From NCBI GenBank assembly GCA_038320275.1, contig JBBQEB010000038.1, positions 1 through 26,424 on the forward strand: a DNA stretch of 26,424 nt, given 5' to 3'. Positions 1-8,674 of the stretch are shown here, piece by piece. Below the pieces are notes generated by a model that worked only from the letters and a program-made list of their open reading frames with translations, did no database searches and was not told the DNA's origin. How positions within the stretch are numbered: the stretch's first letter is position 1; every line of letters starts with the position of its first letter. The stretch is from Myxococcales bacterium. Its GTDB lineage: Bacteria; Myxococcota; Myxococcia; Myxococcales; Anaeromyxobacteraceae. A program made the position numbers and the translations under genes.

Positions 1-690
1 CTTGCCCATCCCGCGCCCGATCCCGACCAGCGCTTGGGCCAGCCGCTCGGCGTCCTCTGCCCTCTTCAGGAAGGCGCCGCTCCCCACCTTCACGTCGAGC
101 ACCAGCGCGTCGATGCCTTCGGCGAGCTTCTTCGACATGATGGAGCTGGCGATGAGCGGGATGGACTCGACGGTGGCGGTGACGTCGCGCAGGGCGTAAA
201 GGCGGCGGTCGGCGGGGGCGAGGCGGTCGGTCTGGCCGATGAGGCAGGCGCCACAGGAGGCGAGCACCTCGCGGAAGCGCTCCACCGGCAGGCGCACGTC
301 GAAGCCCGGGATCGACTCCAGCTTGTCGAGCGTGCCGCCGGTGTGGCCGAGCCCGCGCCCGGAGATCATGGGGACCACCACGCCGCAGGCGGCGGCGATG
401 GGAGCGAGGGCGAGGGAGACCTTGTCCCCCACGCCGCCGGTGGAGTGCTTGTCCACCTTGACGCCGGGTAGATCGGAGAGGTCGAGCACGTCGCCGGACC
501 GCAACATGGCGTCGGTGAGGGCGGCGGTCTCCGCGTCGTCCATCCCGCGGAAGAAGACCGCCATGCAGAAGGCGGCCATCTGGTAGTCGGGCACCTCGCC
601 CCGCACGAAGCCGTCCACCAGGCCGCGCAGGTCGGCGGGCGCGATGGGGTGTCCGTCGCGCTTGGCGTGGATGAGCTCGTAGGGGCGCAA
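1..690 (-). CDS. pdp: Thymidine / pyrimidine-nucleoside phosphorylase (5' part; runs off the window start)
   Basis: Manual translation from TTG at 690 (not in the ORF track): MRPYELIHAKRDG...VPDYQMAAFCMAVFFRGM...VDKHSTGGVGDKVS...PMISGRGLGHTGGTLDKLESIPGF. These are the DeoA/Pdp signature motifs. Confidence 0.95.
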   Translation of the reverse strand, partial: MRPYELIHAKRDGHPIAPADLRGLVDGFVRGEVPDYQMAAFCMAVFFRGMDDAETAALTDAMLRSGDVLDLSDLPGVKVDKHSTGGVGDKVSLALAPIAAACGVVVPMISGRGLGHTGGTLDKLESIPGFDVRLPVERFREVLASCGACLIGQTDRLAPADRRLYALRDVTATVESIPLIASSIMSKKLAEGIDALVLDVKVGSGAFLKRAEDAERLAQALVGIGRGMGK

Positions 691-762
691 CGCCGACTCG
701 GTAACACCAGCCGCGGCGCGCTTCAAGTTGCTGCATCGACGGGCGGTCACGCCCGCGCCTCG

Positions 763-2385
763 TCACCAGGGCCGGCGCGGGCACTCCGGGGCGGGCGTGG
801 CGTGGTTGCAGGCGCCGGGGGTGCGCGTCCCGGGGCAGGCCAGGTTCGACGCTGCATCCGGGCCGGCGGGGTGCACGCGCTCGAGCGCACCCGTGGGACA
901 CCGCGGCGCGGGCTCGACGATGCCCAGCGTCGAGACCACCTGCCCGGCCCGGTCCTCCAGCGCGAGCGCCACCGGGCGCGTGTTGGCGAGCCCACCCACG
1001 AGCGCCTTCGCGCCGCAGCGGTAGAGCACCACTCCGGGCAGGAGCGGGTAACGGCCGTCATAGCTGCCTCCCACCACCAGCGCGAGGCCGCCCGGCGCCA
1101 GCGGACCGCCTGCCCCCGGCCCCAGCGTGCAGCGGGTGAAGGTGCCGGTGGAGCCCGCCTTGGCGAGGGCATAGCCCTCCAGCTCGGCGTCGCCCGTGCC
1201 GACGTTCGCGATCTCTGCGTACTCGCCGCCCGCCTCCGGTGCGTCGGCGTCGGCCAAGGCCTCGGTGAGGACGAGCGCGGGCCGGGGCGCGAGCGCGCTC
1301 GTCTCGAGCCAGGGCCCGGGGCTCCCGCGATGACCAGCCAGGTCCTCCGCGGAGAAGCGGACCCGCACCTTCCGGCCCGGGCAGAGACCCGCCACCACCA
1401 CCTGCCCCTCGCAGCGCGCGGCTGCGGTCGCGCAGGGATCGTGCCCAGGACAGGGGAGCACCTCGCCGGTGAAGAGGGCGGACGCAGGCGGCTCGGGGGC
1501 CGCTCCGCAGGGCGAGTCTCCAGGAAGCGCCGAGACCTCGGCCCGCAGCCGCCCCATGCCGGCGAGTGGGGCGGCGACCCGGACCGACAGCTCGCCAGGC
1601 TCGAAACGGGCGTCCCCCAGGGCCGGGGCGGCGAGCGCGTCACAGCGGCTCACCTCCAGCGGCTCGAGCGGCAAGGGAGAGTTTCCGGCGAGGTCGTGCA
1701 CGTCGCGGACGGAAAGCGCGAGGGGACCCGGCGGCAGCGCCGCCGCGAGGTCGAGCTGCAGCGTGGCCGGGCCGGGTTGCTCCGTGCGGCTCCCAGCGCC
1801 GAGCGCCTCCGGCAAGGCCAGCGCCCCCTCCACGGGTTCATCGAAGCTCACCCTGAGAGAGGCCAGGTTCCGGGGTGCGGGCCCGTGCGGAGGGATGAGC
1901 CAGCGCGCGCGCGGCGGCGTGGTGTCCCGCGCCGGCCCGGTCTCGAAGGCGAGGACGTGCGTCCGCTGCTTTCCCTCCGCATCGAGCACCGGCCGCCCGT
2001 CCGCCGCGCGAAGCCGGCGCGAGACGACGGCCGCGAAGGCGCCGCCAGGGGGGAGCAGATCGGCGGGGCGCAGCACCGCGCGCGTGCCGCCTTCCTGCAG
2101 CGCGGCGCTCGCGGCCAGCACGGGGGCACCCGGCCCCAGACCCGCCTCCCCGTCGGCGAGGAGCGTCACCTCGCGGAGGTCCTCCCTTCGGCAGAGGGCG
2201 AGCGCACGGCCGTCGAGGATGGCCTTCGCCTCCACCGGCCCGGAGAAGGTGATGCTGATCTCCACCGCGCCGGCCGGCACCGTCCCCCGCGGCGCTTCAT
2301 CGACGATGCGCACCATCCGCTCTGCAGGGGCCGTCCCGCAGGCGAGCGCGGCCGCGGCGAGGAGCGCGACGTGCCGCGCGCTCAT
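763..2385 (-). CDS. Lipoprotein with Ig-like domain(s) and a C-terminal lamin tail domain (LTD)
   Basis: Lipobox (LLAAAALA-C). Ig-like segment (EISITFSGPV...). LTD-like motif LVLTEALAD...GEYAEIANVG...LEGYAL and terminal TPGACN. Cys-rich. Start overlaps the upstream stop (ATGA). Confidence 0.7.
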   Translation of the reverse strand: MSARHVALLAAAALACGTAPAERMVRIVDEAPRGTVPAGAVEISITFSGPVEAKAILDGRALALCRREDLREVTLLADGEAGLGPGAPVLAASAALQEGGTRAVLRPADLLPPGGAFAAVVSRRLRAADGRPVLDAEGKQRTHVLAFETGPARDTTPPRARWLIPPHGPAPRNLASLRVSFDEPVEGALALPEALGAGSRTEQPGPATLQLDLAAALPPGPLALSVRDVHDLAGNSPLPLEPLEVSRCDALAAPALGDARFEPGELSVRVAAPLAGMGRLRAEVSALPGDSPCGAAPEPPASALFTGEVLPCPGHDPCATAAARCEGQVVVAGLCPGRKVRVRFSAEDLAGHRGSPGPWLETSALAPRPALVLTEALADADAPEAGGEYAEIANVGTGDAELEGYALAKAGSTGTFTRCTLGPGAGGPLAPGGLALVVGGSYDGRYPLLPGVVLYRCGAKALVGGLANTRPVALALEDRAGQVVSTLGIVEPAPRCPTGALERVHPAGPDAASNLACPGTRTPGACNHATPAPECPRRPW

Positions 2386-2999
2386 CGCCCTTCCTCCGGG
2401 TAGAGACCGGTGAGCGCATCCAGCTCGGCCGTCACCTGGCCGAGCTCGAGCTCCTGCTCGGCGCGCGCGCGCGGGGTCCCTGGAGCGTTCGCGGCGACCG
2501 CGAGGCGGAGCCGGAGTCGCTCGTAGTAGAGCCGGGTGGCGCGGTCCACGGCGGCGCGCCGCCTCACCTCCGCCGCCGCGGAGGCCGCCACCGCCTGCAG
2601 CTCCGCCCGCCCCAGCACGAGGCCGTCCAGGCTCCAGTCGAGGTTGACCGAGACGGTGTCACCCGGCGTGGACCGGAGGTAGTCCACCTCGGAGGTCCCG
2701 GTGAGACCGGTGACGTGGACGCTGCGGTCGTCGTGCCGATAACTCGTCGAGAGCCGGGGCAAGAGGGCCGCGAGGCGCGACCGCGTCCGCCAGCTCGCGG
2801 CGGCTTCCGGAGAAGGGGCTGCGCGCCCCGCGGCCGCGCGCTGGACCTCGCCGACAGAGGGCTCCCCAGCCCGGGCGAGCCCCCACAGGCGACCCGCCTC
2901 GGCGTCGCGCGCGGCGGCCGCCGCCTCCGGCAACTCGCGCGCCGAGCCGGTGGCGGCGGCCAGGGTGAGCAGCGGCGGAAGCAGCAGGGAAAGGCGCAT
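2382..2999 (-). CDS. Exported hypothetical protein resembling a single outer-membrane efflux (TolC/OEP) repeat
   Basis: Signal peptide, then helix-ALLPRL-beta strand...strand (VSVNLDWSL)-long helices (RATRLYYERLRL...AELDALTG). The ORF is solid; the fold call is pattern inference. Confidence 0.55.
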   Translation of the reverse strand: MRLSLLLPPLLTLAAATGSARELPEAAAAARDAEAGRLWGLARAGEPSVGEVQRAAAGRAAPSPEAAASWRTRSRLAALLPRLSTSYRHDDRSVHVTGLTGTSEVDYLRSTPGDTVSVNLDWSLDGLVLGRAELQAVAASAAAEVRRRAAVDRATRLYYERLRLRLAVAANAPGTPRARAEQELELGQVTAELDALTGLYPEEGR

Positions 3000-3116
3000 G
3001 CCGCACCGGAGAGCAGGCGGCGAGCCAGCTCCGCTCGCGCGCCGGAGTCAGGTGCCGTGGCGGCGAGGCGGACGGACCGTGGACGTGAGGTTCGCGGGCC
3101 GGCCGGCCTGGTAAAC

Positions 3117-3449
3117 CTACCCCACGCTGAAGCTCTCTCCGCACCCGCAAGAGCCCTTCACGTTGGGGTTCTTGAACACGAACCCAGACTGGAGGAGCGA
3201 GGTCTTCCAGTCGAGCACCGTGCCCTCCAGGAACTTGGCGCTCCTCGGGTCCACGAAGACGCGGGCGCCTTCCCCCTCGACGATCTCGTCGCTGGGCCGA
3301 GGCGCCTCCGCCCACTCGATGACGTAGGTGAGCCCCGAGCAGCCGCCGCCCTTGACGCCGACCCGCAGCCCTCCCTCGCCGCCACCCTTCTCCTTCACAA
3401 GAGCGGCGATGTGGCGTGCGGCGGGGGCGCTCACGCTGATGGAAGCCAT
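3117..3449 (-). CDS. iscA: A-type Fe-S cluster carrier (HesB/IscA family)
   Basis: [15 protein letters not shown] and [16 protein letters not shown] motifs. Confidence 0.95.
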   Translation of the reverse strand: MASISVSAPAARHIAALVKEKGGGEGGLRVGVKGGGCSGLTYVIEWAEAPRPSDEIVEGEGARVFVDPRSAKFLEGTVLDWKTSLLQSGFVFKNPNVKGSCGCGESFSVG

Positions 3450-4645
3450 CGGTTCCTCTCCTCGGTCCCCGGCGCAGGCCGGGCGTCGTGCAGCGGCGAG
3501 AGGTCGCGCAGCTTCCGCACCTTCGCCGTGAAGAGCCCCACCGCGTAGTCGACCTCCTCCAGCGTGGTGAAGCGCCCCAGGCCGAAGCGGATGGAAGCGT
3601 GGGCCAGGTCATCGGGAACGCCCATCGCGCGCAGGACGTAGGAGGGCTCGAGCGAGGCGGAGGTGCACGCCGAGCCCGACGAGACCGCCACGTCCCGGAC
3701 CGCGAGCAGGAGGGCCTCCCCCTCCACGCCCTCGAAGCTGACGTTGAGGTTGCCGGGGAGCCGGTGCTCGAGGCTACCGTTCACCGACAGGCCCTCCACG
3801 CCGCGCTGCAGCCCCTGGCGCAGCCGCTCGCGCAGCGCCAGCACGCGCGCGCCCTCTTCTTCGAGCTCGGCCTGGGCGATGGCGCAGGCCGCCCCGAGCC
3901 CCACGATGCCGGGGACGTTGAGCGTGCCGGAGCGGTGCCCGCGCTCGTGGCCGCCGCCGTCGATCTCGGCGACGAGCCGCGCGCGCGGCTTGCGGCGCAC
4001 GTAGAGCGCGCCGACGCCCTTGGGGCCGTAGAGCTTGTGCGCGGAGATGGAGGCGAGGTCGACCCCGAGCTCCTCCACGTCGAACGGCACCTTGCCGGCG
4101 CTCTGTACCGCGTCGCAGTGGAACGTGATCCCGCGCTCGCGGACGATCCGGCCGATCTCCACCAGCGGGTGGAGCACGCCGGTCTCGTTGTTGGCGTGCA
4201 TGATCGACACCAGCACGGTGTCCGGACGCAGCGCCCGCCGCACCTCCTCCGGGTCCAGCCGGCCGTCGCGCGCGACGGGGAGCGTCGTGACCTCGAAACC
4301 CTCGCGCGCGAGGCGCGCCATCGGGTCGAGCACGGCCTTGTGCTCGGTTCGGCAGGTGACGAGGTGCCGCCCCTTGTCGCGGTGGAAGTGGGCGGTTCCC
4401 TTGATGGCGAGGTTGTTCGACTCGGTGGCGCCGCTGGTGAAGACGATCTCGCGGCCGGTGGCGCCGATGAGCGCGCCCACGCTCGTCCGGGCGGCCTCGA
4501 CCGCCTCCTCGGCCTTCCAGCCGAAGCTGTGGCTTCGCGAGGCCGCGTTCCCGAAATCCTCCCGGAAGAACGGCAGCATGGCGTCCAGCACGCGCGGATC
4601 GACGGGCGTGGTGGCGTGGCAATCCATGTAGATGGGGAGCTTCAT
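3431..4645 (-). CDS. iscS: Cysteine desulfurase IscS
   Basis: [30 protein letters not shown] (PLP lysine), SSGSACTS (catalytic Cys). Confidence 0.95.
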   Translation of the reverse strand: MKLPIYMDCHATTPVDPRVLDAMLPFFREDFGNAASRSHSFGWKAEEAVEAARTSVGALIGATGREIVFTSGATESNNLAIKGTAHFHRDKGRHLVTCRTEHKAVLDPMARLAREGFEVTTLPVARDGRLDPEEVRRALRPDTVLVSIMHANNETGVLHPLVEIGRIVRERGITFHCDAVQSAGKVPFDVEELGVDLASISAHKLYGPKGVGALYVRRKPRARLVAEIDGGGHERGHRSGTLNVPGIVGLGAACAIAQAELEEEGARVLALRERLRQGLQRGVEGLSVNGSLEHRLPGNLNVSFEGVEGEALLLAVRDVAVSSGSACTSASLEPSYVLRAMGVPDDLAHASIRFGLGRFTTLEEVDYAVGLFTAKVRKLRDLSPLHDARPAPGTEERNRWLPSA

Positions 4646-4727
4646 CGCGGAAGACCTTCCATAGCGTCGGCGAGGGCGCGGATCACGGGACGCGGCGCCA
4701 CCGGCGTTCCGTTAAGTTCCGCTCGAC

Positions 4728-6119
4728 ATGCGCAAGCTCACCCGGGCCGCTCTCGCCCTCCTCACCTTCGCCTTCGTCCTCGCCCTGCCGCGGCTCGCGG
4801 TCACCGGCAGCGGCGGCGCGGCGAGCGACCTCGGGCTGGGGCGCGAACTGGCGCAGGGCTCGGCCCTCGCGTTCCTGGTCGCCTTCGCGGGCGGCGTGCT
4901 CACGAGCCTCACCCCGTGCGTCTACCCGCTCATCCCCATCACCGTCTCCATCTTCGGGGCGAAGAGCGCTCGCTCGCGCGCCCATTCCATGGCGCTCTCC
5001 TCGCTGTACGTGCTCGGCATCGCCGCCACCTACTCCGCGTTGGGCGCGTCGGCGGCGCTCACCGGGCGCGCCTTCGGCACGGTGATGCTGAACCCGTGGG
5101 CCATCGGGCTCGTCGCTGCGGTGTTCCTCGCCATGGCTGCCTCCATGTTCGGCGCCTTCGAGCTGCAGCTCCCGGCCACCCTGCAGGCGCGTCTCACCAG
5201 CGTGGGAGGCGCCGGCTTCATGGGCGCGTTCGGGATGGGGCTCGTGGCCGGGCTCATCGCGGCGCCGTGCACGGGTCCAGTCCTCGCGGCAGCGCTCGCC
5301 TTCGTCGCGACCAAGGGCTCGGTGGCATACGGCGTCGGCATCATGTTCGCCTACGCGCTGGGCATCGGGCTGCTCTTCTTCCTCATCGGCACCTTCTCGC
5401 TCTCGCTGCCCAAGAGTGGGCCCTGGATGGACGCCGTGAAGAGCGTCTTCGGGGTGGCGCTCCTCGCCATGGCGCTCGTGTACCTGAAGGACCTCGTCCC
5501 GGCGCTGAACAGCCTCTTCCCGGCGAGCGGGAAGGCGGCCCTCGCCGCGGCGGGGCTGGCGGCGCTGGGCGTGCTCGCCGGCGCGCTGTCAGGAGGGTTC
5601 CACGCGCCGCTCCGGCAGGCGGCTGGCAAGGGCGCCGGCGTGGCACTGCTGGTGATGGGGCTCGTGTTCGCGGTGGGCGTGGGCGGTGCACGCTCGCGCG
5701 CTCTCGCCGCCGAGGTGCCCTGGTTCCACGACGAGGCGGAGGCGCTGCGGGTGGCGCGCGCCGAGGGCAAGCCAGTCATCATCGACTTCTGGGCCGACTG
5801 GTGCGCGGCCTGCAAGGAGCTCGACCACACCGCCTGGAGCGATGCGGGCGTCCGCGCCGAGGCCCAGCGGTTCGTGCTCCTCAAGATGGACGGCTCGGAG
5901 TCGAGCGCGGCCATGAAGAGCGGTCTCTTCGACAAGGCGATGGAGCGCTACGGCGTCCTGGGGATGCCCACCGTGATCTTCATCGACGCGCACGGGCGGG
6001 AGCTCCCCGCGCAGGCGCGCGTGACCTCTGCCGTGGACGGCGAGGAGATGCTGAAGCGCTTGCGCGGGGTGGACCGGGCGTGCGCCTCCGAGCAGGTAGC
6101 CTGCCTTTCCCGGTGGTGA
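4728..6119 (+). CDS. dsbD: DsbD/CcdA-type transmembrane disulfide reductase with C-terminal thioredoxin domain (no DsbD alpha domain)
   Basis: LTPCVYPLIPI and AAPCTGP transmembrane Cys motifs, LPKSGPWM, and thioredoxin DFWADWCAACK. Confidence 0.88.
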   Translation: MRKLTRAALALLTFAFVLALPRLAVTGSGGAASDLGLGRELAQGSALAFLVAFAGGVLTSLTPCVYPLIPITVSIFGAKSARSRAHSMALSSLYVLGIAATYSALGASAALTGRAFGTVMLNPWAIGLVAAVFLAMAASMFGAFELQLPATLQARLTSVGGAGFMGAFGMGLVAGLIAAPCTGPVLAAALAFVATKGSVAYGVGIMFAYALGIGLLFFLIGTFSLSLPKSGPWMDAVKSVFGVALLAMALVYLKDLVPALNSLFPASGKAALAAAGLAALGVLAGALSGGFHAPLRQAAGKGAGVALLVMGLVFAVGVGGARSRALAAEVPWFHDEAEALRVARAEGKPVIIDFWADWCAACKELDHTAWSDAGVRAEAQRFVLLKMDGSESSAAMKSGLFDKAMERYGVLGMPTVIFIDAHGRELPAQARVTSAVDGEEMLKRLRGVDRACASEQVACLSRW

Positions 6120-6127
6120 GGGGAAGG

Positions 6128-7318
6128 CTAGGCGGTGGTGGCCCGGACCAGATCCTTCCAGATCGTCTGCGCCGGGCCATTGAGGGCGAAGGGCTGCAGC
6201 AGCACGGTGTGACCCTCCCCGTCCTTCCAGGACAGCTTGGCGGTGCCCCAGCAGGTGAGCGGCGGCTCGCAGCCCAGCTTCAGCTCGGCGAGGACGTTGT
6301 CCGGCAGCGGCGCCTCCCCCCACACCATGAGGTTGTTCGAGGCGATGCCCATCGCCTGGTACGCGTGCACCACCCGGTTCACGGTGACGGTCACCGGGAA
6401 GCGCACCGGCGTGGGGCCTGCCATCAGCTCGTCGACGGCGAGAGGCTCGACGAGTGACTTCTCGACGAGGCCGGTCCGGGCGGCGCCCTCGAAGGAGGCG
6501 ATGAACCCCGGCAGCCGTTCCAGCACCCGGGCGACGGCCTTGCACTCCCGCTCGGAGAGCGCGGACAGGGCGCCCAGCCGCTCTGGCGGGAGGTGCGCCT
6601 CGACGTCGAGCAGGGCCACCACCTCGTCCGCGGCGGCCACGAGCTCGACCATGGCCGGCTCCGCGGCGCCCTGCGGCGCGCCGGAATGGTGGAGGGACAC
6701 GACGTCGGAGATGAGCGGCGGCAGGTTCCAGCGGGCTGCCAGGACGAGGCCGAGCTCGATGTGGTAGCGCTTCACCACCTCGTCCCAGTGCTCGGCGGGC
6801 ATGGCGCGGGCGTCGGTGCCCTCGAGCAGCTCCTCGACGCAGGCGATGGCCACCACCTCGCCAAAATCGTGCAGGAGCCCACAGGCGAAGGCCTCGTCCG
6901 GAGCGAGGTCGCGGGAACGCGCCAGCTCCTGCGCGACGGCCGCCGAGGCGAGCGCCCGCTGCCAGACGCTGCGCTTCATGGAGGCGAGCGCCCCACCTCC
7001 GCGGGAGATGGAGCCCAGCCCGGAGGCGAGCGCGAGGCGCACCAGTTCCTTGGAGCCGATGCGGCAGACCGCTCCGGGGAGCGACGACACCGGCGAGCCG
7101 CGCGCATAGAAGGCGGAGTTGGCGCAGCGCAGCGCGTCGGCCGCCAGCGCCTGATCGGAGGCCACCAGCCGGATGAGCTCGTCGAGCCCGTAGTCCTCGC
7201 GCTTGACCAGCGCGTCGAGCTGCAGCGCGACCGCGGGATAGGGCGGCACCTTCACCGCGCCGCGGGAGACGAGGTCCACGATGGCGGCGTCGAGGTCGAG
7301 CCCCTCGCCGTGGCGCAC
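6128..7318 (-). CDS. HDOD-domain protein with C-terminal degenerate PilZ-like domain
   Basis: VPPYPAVA...DQALAADALRCANSAFY...AFACGLLHDFG...HIELGLVLAARWNLP. GTG at 7318 chosen because a sigma54-like promoter overlaps the alternative ATG at 7369; the start is uncertain. Confidence 0.85.
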   Translation of the reverse strand: MRHGEGLDLDAAIVDLVSRGAVKVPPYPAVALQLDALVKREDYGLDELIRLVASDQALAADALRCANSAFYARGSPVSSLPGAVCRIGSKELVRLALASGLGSISRGGGALASMKRSVWQRALASAAVAQELARSRDLAPDEAFACGLLHDFGEVVAIACVEELLEGTDARAMPAEHWDEVVKRYHIELGLVLAARWNLPPLISDVVSLHHSGAPQGAAEPAMVELVAAADEVVALLDVEAHLPPERLGALSALSERECKAVARVLERLPGFIASFEGAARTGLVEKSLVEPLAVDELMAGPTPVRFPVTVTVNRVVHAYQAMGIASNNLMVWGEAPLPDNVLAELKLGCEPPLTCWGTAKLSWKDGEGHTVLLQPFALNGPAQTIWKDLVRATTA

Positions 7319-7357
7319 TTCGGAGCACGTTGTGGCGGCGGTCACGCAGACCCATCG

Positions 7358-7373
7358 TTCAAGGCGCATGCCC
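7358..7373 (-). promoter_or_regulatory. Sigma54-like (-24/-12) promoter upstream of HDOD gene
   Basis: Minus strand GGGCATGCGCCTTGAA versus consensus TGGCACRNNNNTTGCW; the -12 C is replaced by A. Confidence 0.45.
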
Positions 7374-7478
7374 CGCGGTCGCGTTGCGCTTGCGATGCCT
7401 GGTGGGGCGCGGGCAGGGGTCGAGCATACCCCGGGTCCGGGCGGCCTCGCCGAGCGCACGACAGCCGATGAGGGGACG

Positions 7479-8120
7479 TCAGAAGATCCTGTAGGTGATG
7501 AGCGCAGAGAGGTCCACCAGCGCCCGCGGGCTGTCGCTCGCGAAGGGCGCCGACGCGCTCGACCACAGGCCGCCGATTCCGGCCCGCGCGCCCGCGAGCA
7601 GGTCGCCCCAGAGCTGCGTCTCGAAGGCGAGGGTGCCGCGCGCGCCGAGGGACGTCCCGCCGCCGTTCGAAAAGGTGAAGGTGACGGGCGCGTCGGCGCC
7701 GAGCGAGAAGAGCCCCCGCGAGACGCGCGCCGAGAGGACGAGCCCGGGGGCGAGCTGCGCGCCCGCTGCGCTCCGGTTGGCGGAGAGGGCCCAGGTCGCG
7801 CCCAGGTCCGCGTAGAGGCCGGCCCGGGCCCTGGCGGCGAACGCGAGTCCGCCCGAGCGCCACTGCAGCGAGCGGTAGAGGCCGCCCGCGAAGAGCTCGC
7901 CGGTGAGCCAATCGGCCTCGAGCTGGGCGCCGTAGTCGGTCGCCTCGCCCACGCCCTGGAGGTAGCTGGCCGAGAGCGTCGAGAAGCCGGCGACGAAGGC
8001 CAGCTCGGCAGCGCCGGGGCCGAGCGTCTCTCCGCCGTGCACGGACGGCAGCGATGGGGGTGAGCCGGTGGAGCCGCCGGAGGCGGCCAGCGAGAGGGCG
8101 AGCAGCGCGGCGAGGACCAT
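7479..8120 (-). CDS. Exported hypothetical protein, probable small outer-membrane beta-barrel
   Basis: Start at ATG 8120 (MVLAALLALSLAA signal peptide); the longer ORF-track start runs through the tRNA. Alternating amphipathic strands and C-terminal ALITYRIF beta-signal. Confidence 0.65.
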   Translation of the reverse strand: MVLAALLALSLAASGGSTGSPPSLPSVHGGETLGPGAAELAFVAGFSTLSASYLQGVGEATDYGAQLEADWLTGELFAGGLYRSLQWRSGGLAFAARARAGLYADLGATWALSANRSAAGAQLAPGLVLSARVSRGLFSLGADAPVTFTFSNGGGTSLGARGTLAFETQLWGDLLAGARAGIGGLWSSASAPFASDSPRALVDLSALITYRIF

Positions 8121-8141
8121 GGGGGGACAGTCTACCCGTTC

Positions 8142-8171
8142 TTGACACCTGCTCCCCCCGGACCCTACAAC
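8142..8171 (+). promoter_or_regulatory. Sigma70-type promoter of tRNA-Leu
   Basis: TTGACA (8142-8147), 18-nt spacer, TACAAC (8166-8171), 13 nt before the tRNA. Confidence 0.6.
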
Positions 8172-8184
8172 CCTCGCCGCCTTC

Positions 8185-8268
8185 GCCCAGGTGGCGGAAT
8201 TGGTAGACGCACCAGATTCAGGGTCTGGCGGTCGCAAGGCCGTGGAGGTTCGAGTCCTCTCCTGGGCA
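8185..8268 (+). tRNA. tRNA-Leu (anticodon CAG); CCA end not encoded
   Basis: Acceptor stem GCCCAGG/CCTGGGC plus discriminator A, D-loop GGAATTGGTAGAC, anticodon arm CCAGA-TTCAGGG-TCTGG, long variable arm CGGTCGCAAGGCCG, T-loop GGTTCGAGTCC. Confidence 0.97.
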
Positions 8269-8283
8269 CACTTCGGATGGCGC

Positions 8284-8317
8284 AGGGCCTCGGCGAGAGC
8301 CGGGGCCCTTCCCTTTC
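8284..8317 (+). terminator. Intrinsic terminator-like hairpin after the tRNA
   Basis: AGGGCCTCGGC-GAGA-GCCGGGGCCCT (11-bp stem with one G-U pair, GNRA loop) followed by pyrimidine tract TCCCTTTC. Confidence 0.7.
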
Positions 8318-8626
8318 GTCCCGGGCGCCGAGCGGTGGTGCTCGGACGACGCCTGATGCCGTTCACGGGCGCTACTCGCTATCTGGAGATAGCTCGGTTG
8401 GGGCGCTCTCCAATTGTGCTTGACACGATATTTCGCGGTTGCGCCCGCCCGGTCACCGTTGGCGCAGGAAGGCCTGCCAGGCGAACGGAAGGCGCCTGCG
8501 CTGAGCGCCCCCCGCTCCACCGAGCCGCGACAGGCGCGGTCCGGGCACTCGCGGGGTGACCGCGCCGGCCTTGCCAGCGCACGCCGCGCGCGCGGGCGGT
8601 CCCGGACAGGATGATCGACCCCGGCG

Positions 8627-8674
8627 TTGACTTCGCGCCGGCTTCCGATATTCATGCACCCCTATGCATGAATA
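8627..8674 (+). promoter_or_regulatory. arg operon promoter with overlapping ARG-box-like operator
   Basis: TTGACT (8627-8632) and TATTCA (8649-8654). Perfect inverted repeat TATTCATGCA-N6-TGCATGAATA (8649-8674) contains TGCAC-N4-ATGCA, close to ArgR TGnAT-N4-ATnCA. argR is in the operon. Confidence 0.75.

Noticed and set aside
649..2403. Long plus-strand ORF (584 aa) and similar long ORFs such as 3488-6457, 9358-11853, 17530-19995, 19782-21620
   Set aside because: Antisense or off-frame shadows of well-supported genes. They are Arg/Gly/Ala-rich without motifs, as expected in very high-GC DNA.
3117..6119. Selenocysteine recoding in IscA or DsbD
   Set aside because: All expected catalytic positions are ordinary Cys codons and no in-frame TGA interrupts a domain.
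8185..8268. tRNA-Leu as integration site for the defence island
   Set aside because: No duplicate of its 3' end was seen near 22300 or elsewhere in the window, no integrase is present, and core genes follow the tRNA.
8460..8505. SRP RNA or known riboswitch (CAGG...GGAA hairpin)
   Set aside because: Lacks the SRP AGCAG internal-loop motif and the SAM, c-di-GMP and ZTP consensus elements I could check by eye.
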